A stretch of 64,000 nt of DNA, taken from assembly GCA_951406725.2 (NCBI GenBank), contig OX597837.1, positions 21,886,001-21,950,000 on the forward strand. The letters run 5' to 3'. Below are positions 62,223 through 64,000 of this stretch, piece by piece. A program made the position numbers and the translations under genes. This stretch comes from Octopus vulgaris (lineage: Eukaryota). Position 1 is the stretch's first letter; the number at the start of each line of letters is the position of its first letter. The notes beneath the pieces were generated by a model. The model saw nothing but the letters and a program-made list of their open reading frames with translations, was not told the DNA's origin and searched no databases.

Positions 62223-63402
62223 TCACATGGCTGAGCATACTGTGCTTCATTCTTGGACATTTCCAATACATATTATCTTTTAAATTTTGTCTGACCCATG
62301 CAAGTGGAGAAAAGTGTACGCTAAATGATGACGATGGCGATGGTGTTGTGCCTTTAAAGAAAGCACTTGTGTGTATACAAAAAAATGTTTTTCTTTCTAT
62401 TCTATACTTCTTGTTCCTTCAGTATTTTACTTAAATGTAAACAAACACACTTTTCAATTCTGGGTCAATTGTCCTATCTATAAATTATATTAGATGTGCC
62501 TGCATTATTGAGGGCCCAAGGAACTCAGACATTCCCTGGTGGCTTCAGTGTTGCTTGGCACTGCTACATGGAACAATATAGCCTACTGAATGGAAAGTGA
62601 TCAACAACATATGAAAATGACTGCCTCACCCAAGTGCAACCTCAAAATATGTACATAAAACAAACACACACACACACACACACAGAGCATCTGAAAGAAA
62701 TTTAGCAAGGCATGGGTTATAGGAAATAAGGAGGGGTCCTTGAAATTTAAGAGAGCCATGAGCTTCTCTTTTTCCTTCTTTTTTAGAAAGGTGAGGGGGT
62801 TCTAGAGCAGTGATTCTAAACCAGGGTCTATATGGCCCTTGAGGGTGAATATAAGATTTTTGGCCAGCACCAGTTGTCAAATGGTGATGGGAGGACAAAC
62901 ACAGACACACACACATAGATAGATATAGATATATGACAGGCTTCTTTCAGTTTCTGTCTACCAAGGCCATCCACAAAGCTTTGGTTGGCCTCGAGGCTAT
63001 AGTTGAAAAACTTGCCCAAGGTGCCATGCAATGAGACTGAACCCAGAACCATGTAGCTGGGAAGGAAGCTTCTTACCACACAGCCACCCCTGAACCTATT
63101 TTGTGAATTCTATAATTCAGAGTTGTATGCAACAACTGAATCTTGTAGAAATAGCAGTCAAAATCTCCCTAAAATAACACTGTACAGTCTTATAAAGAAG
63201 GGTATTTTACACATTGTTTTCTTAGATCCACTGACTGTCTGAAAGAAATTTTAGAAAAAAGAGGGGTGGGGGAGAATGTGTAGAATGCCTTTCGAACATA
63301 GGCACAGGAGTGGCCAAGGGCTAAACAAAAACTACAAAAACAACAACATAAATGTTAATGTTTAAAAAAGGCACAACACAATGATCCTCAATATCTTATA
63401 TA

Positions 63403-63573
63403 CTCTTTTACTTGTTTCAGTCATTTGACTGCGGCCATGCTGGAGCACCACCTTTAGTCGAGCAACTCGACCCGGGACTTATTCTTTGTAAGCCCAGTAC
63501 TTAGTTCTATCGGTCTCTTTTGCCGACATAAACAACCAGCTCAGTTGTAACGGGGACACACAAACATACATGC

Positions 63574-63606
<33 letters not shown>

Positions 63607-63691
63607 TCGGTTGTCACAAGCAACTTGCCCAAGGTGCCACGCTGTGGGACACCCGGAACATGTGGTTGGTAAGCAACACACAGCCACTCCT
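63403..63691 (-). mobile_element. Rearranged and deleted SINE family A
   Basis: Family A modules with many short deletions and reordering. Confidence 0.75.
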
Positions 63692-63805
63692 GCAAAATCT
63701 TATATGTTGTTTTTTTCTTTTAAGGTTTTCTGACAATAAAAGTATGGAACGCATGCATAGCAATGCAAATATGAAAGTTTCTGTACTTAACTGTACACAT
63801 GCATG

Positions 63806-63846
<41 letters not shown>

Positions 63847-64000
63847 TGTATTCTCATGTGCATTAATTAATTATATATCAGCAAACATGTGAGATTTGTT
63901 ATTTGTCAAAAGTGTGCATATGGGGTGGGTGAATGGGTGGGTGGGGGGAAGTATTTCCTGCCACATTTGACGCGCTTCATTGGACATATCCACGCATTAC

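Noticed and set aside
63403-63691. Scrambled SINE as a novel subfamily
   Set aside because: It is a single instance with many small deletions, and an assembly or consensus error is equally plausible.

Overview
AT-rich, repeat-saturated eukaryotic DNA. From recognition of the SINE families (not a database search) it is very likely a coleoid cephalopod of the genus Octopus, and the window looks intronic or intergenic. No intact protein-coding gene can be supported; nearly all listed ORFs are translations of microsatellites or SINEs. Contents: dozens of tRNA-derived SINEs from at least four families, including head-to-tail arrays and nested insertions with TSDs; truncated RTE-clade LINEs and one CR1/Jockey-group LINE; Tc1/mariner relics and MITEs; TTAA-flanked piggyBac-type MITEs; and many simple repeats. 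The most notable signals the repeats do not explain are: (1) minimal type-I hammerhead ribozyme motifs, the best at 39335-39383, some inside tail-to-tail palindromes typical of Penelope-like elements; (2) candidate non-coding exons with good splice signals on both strands, plus a candidate recursive-splicing AG|GT site; (3) several long hairpins in unique sequence. All functional interpretations are inference and need testing.
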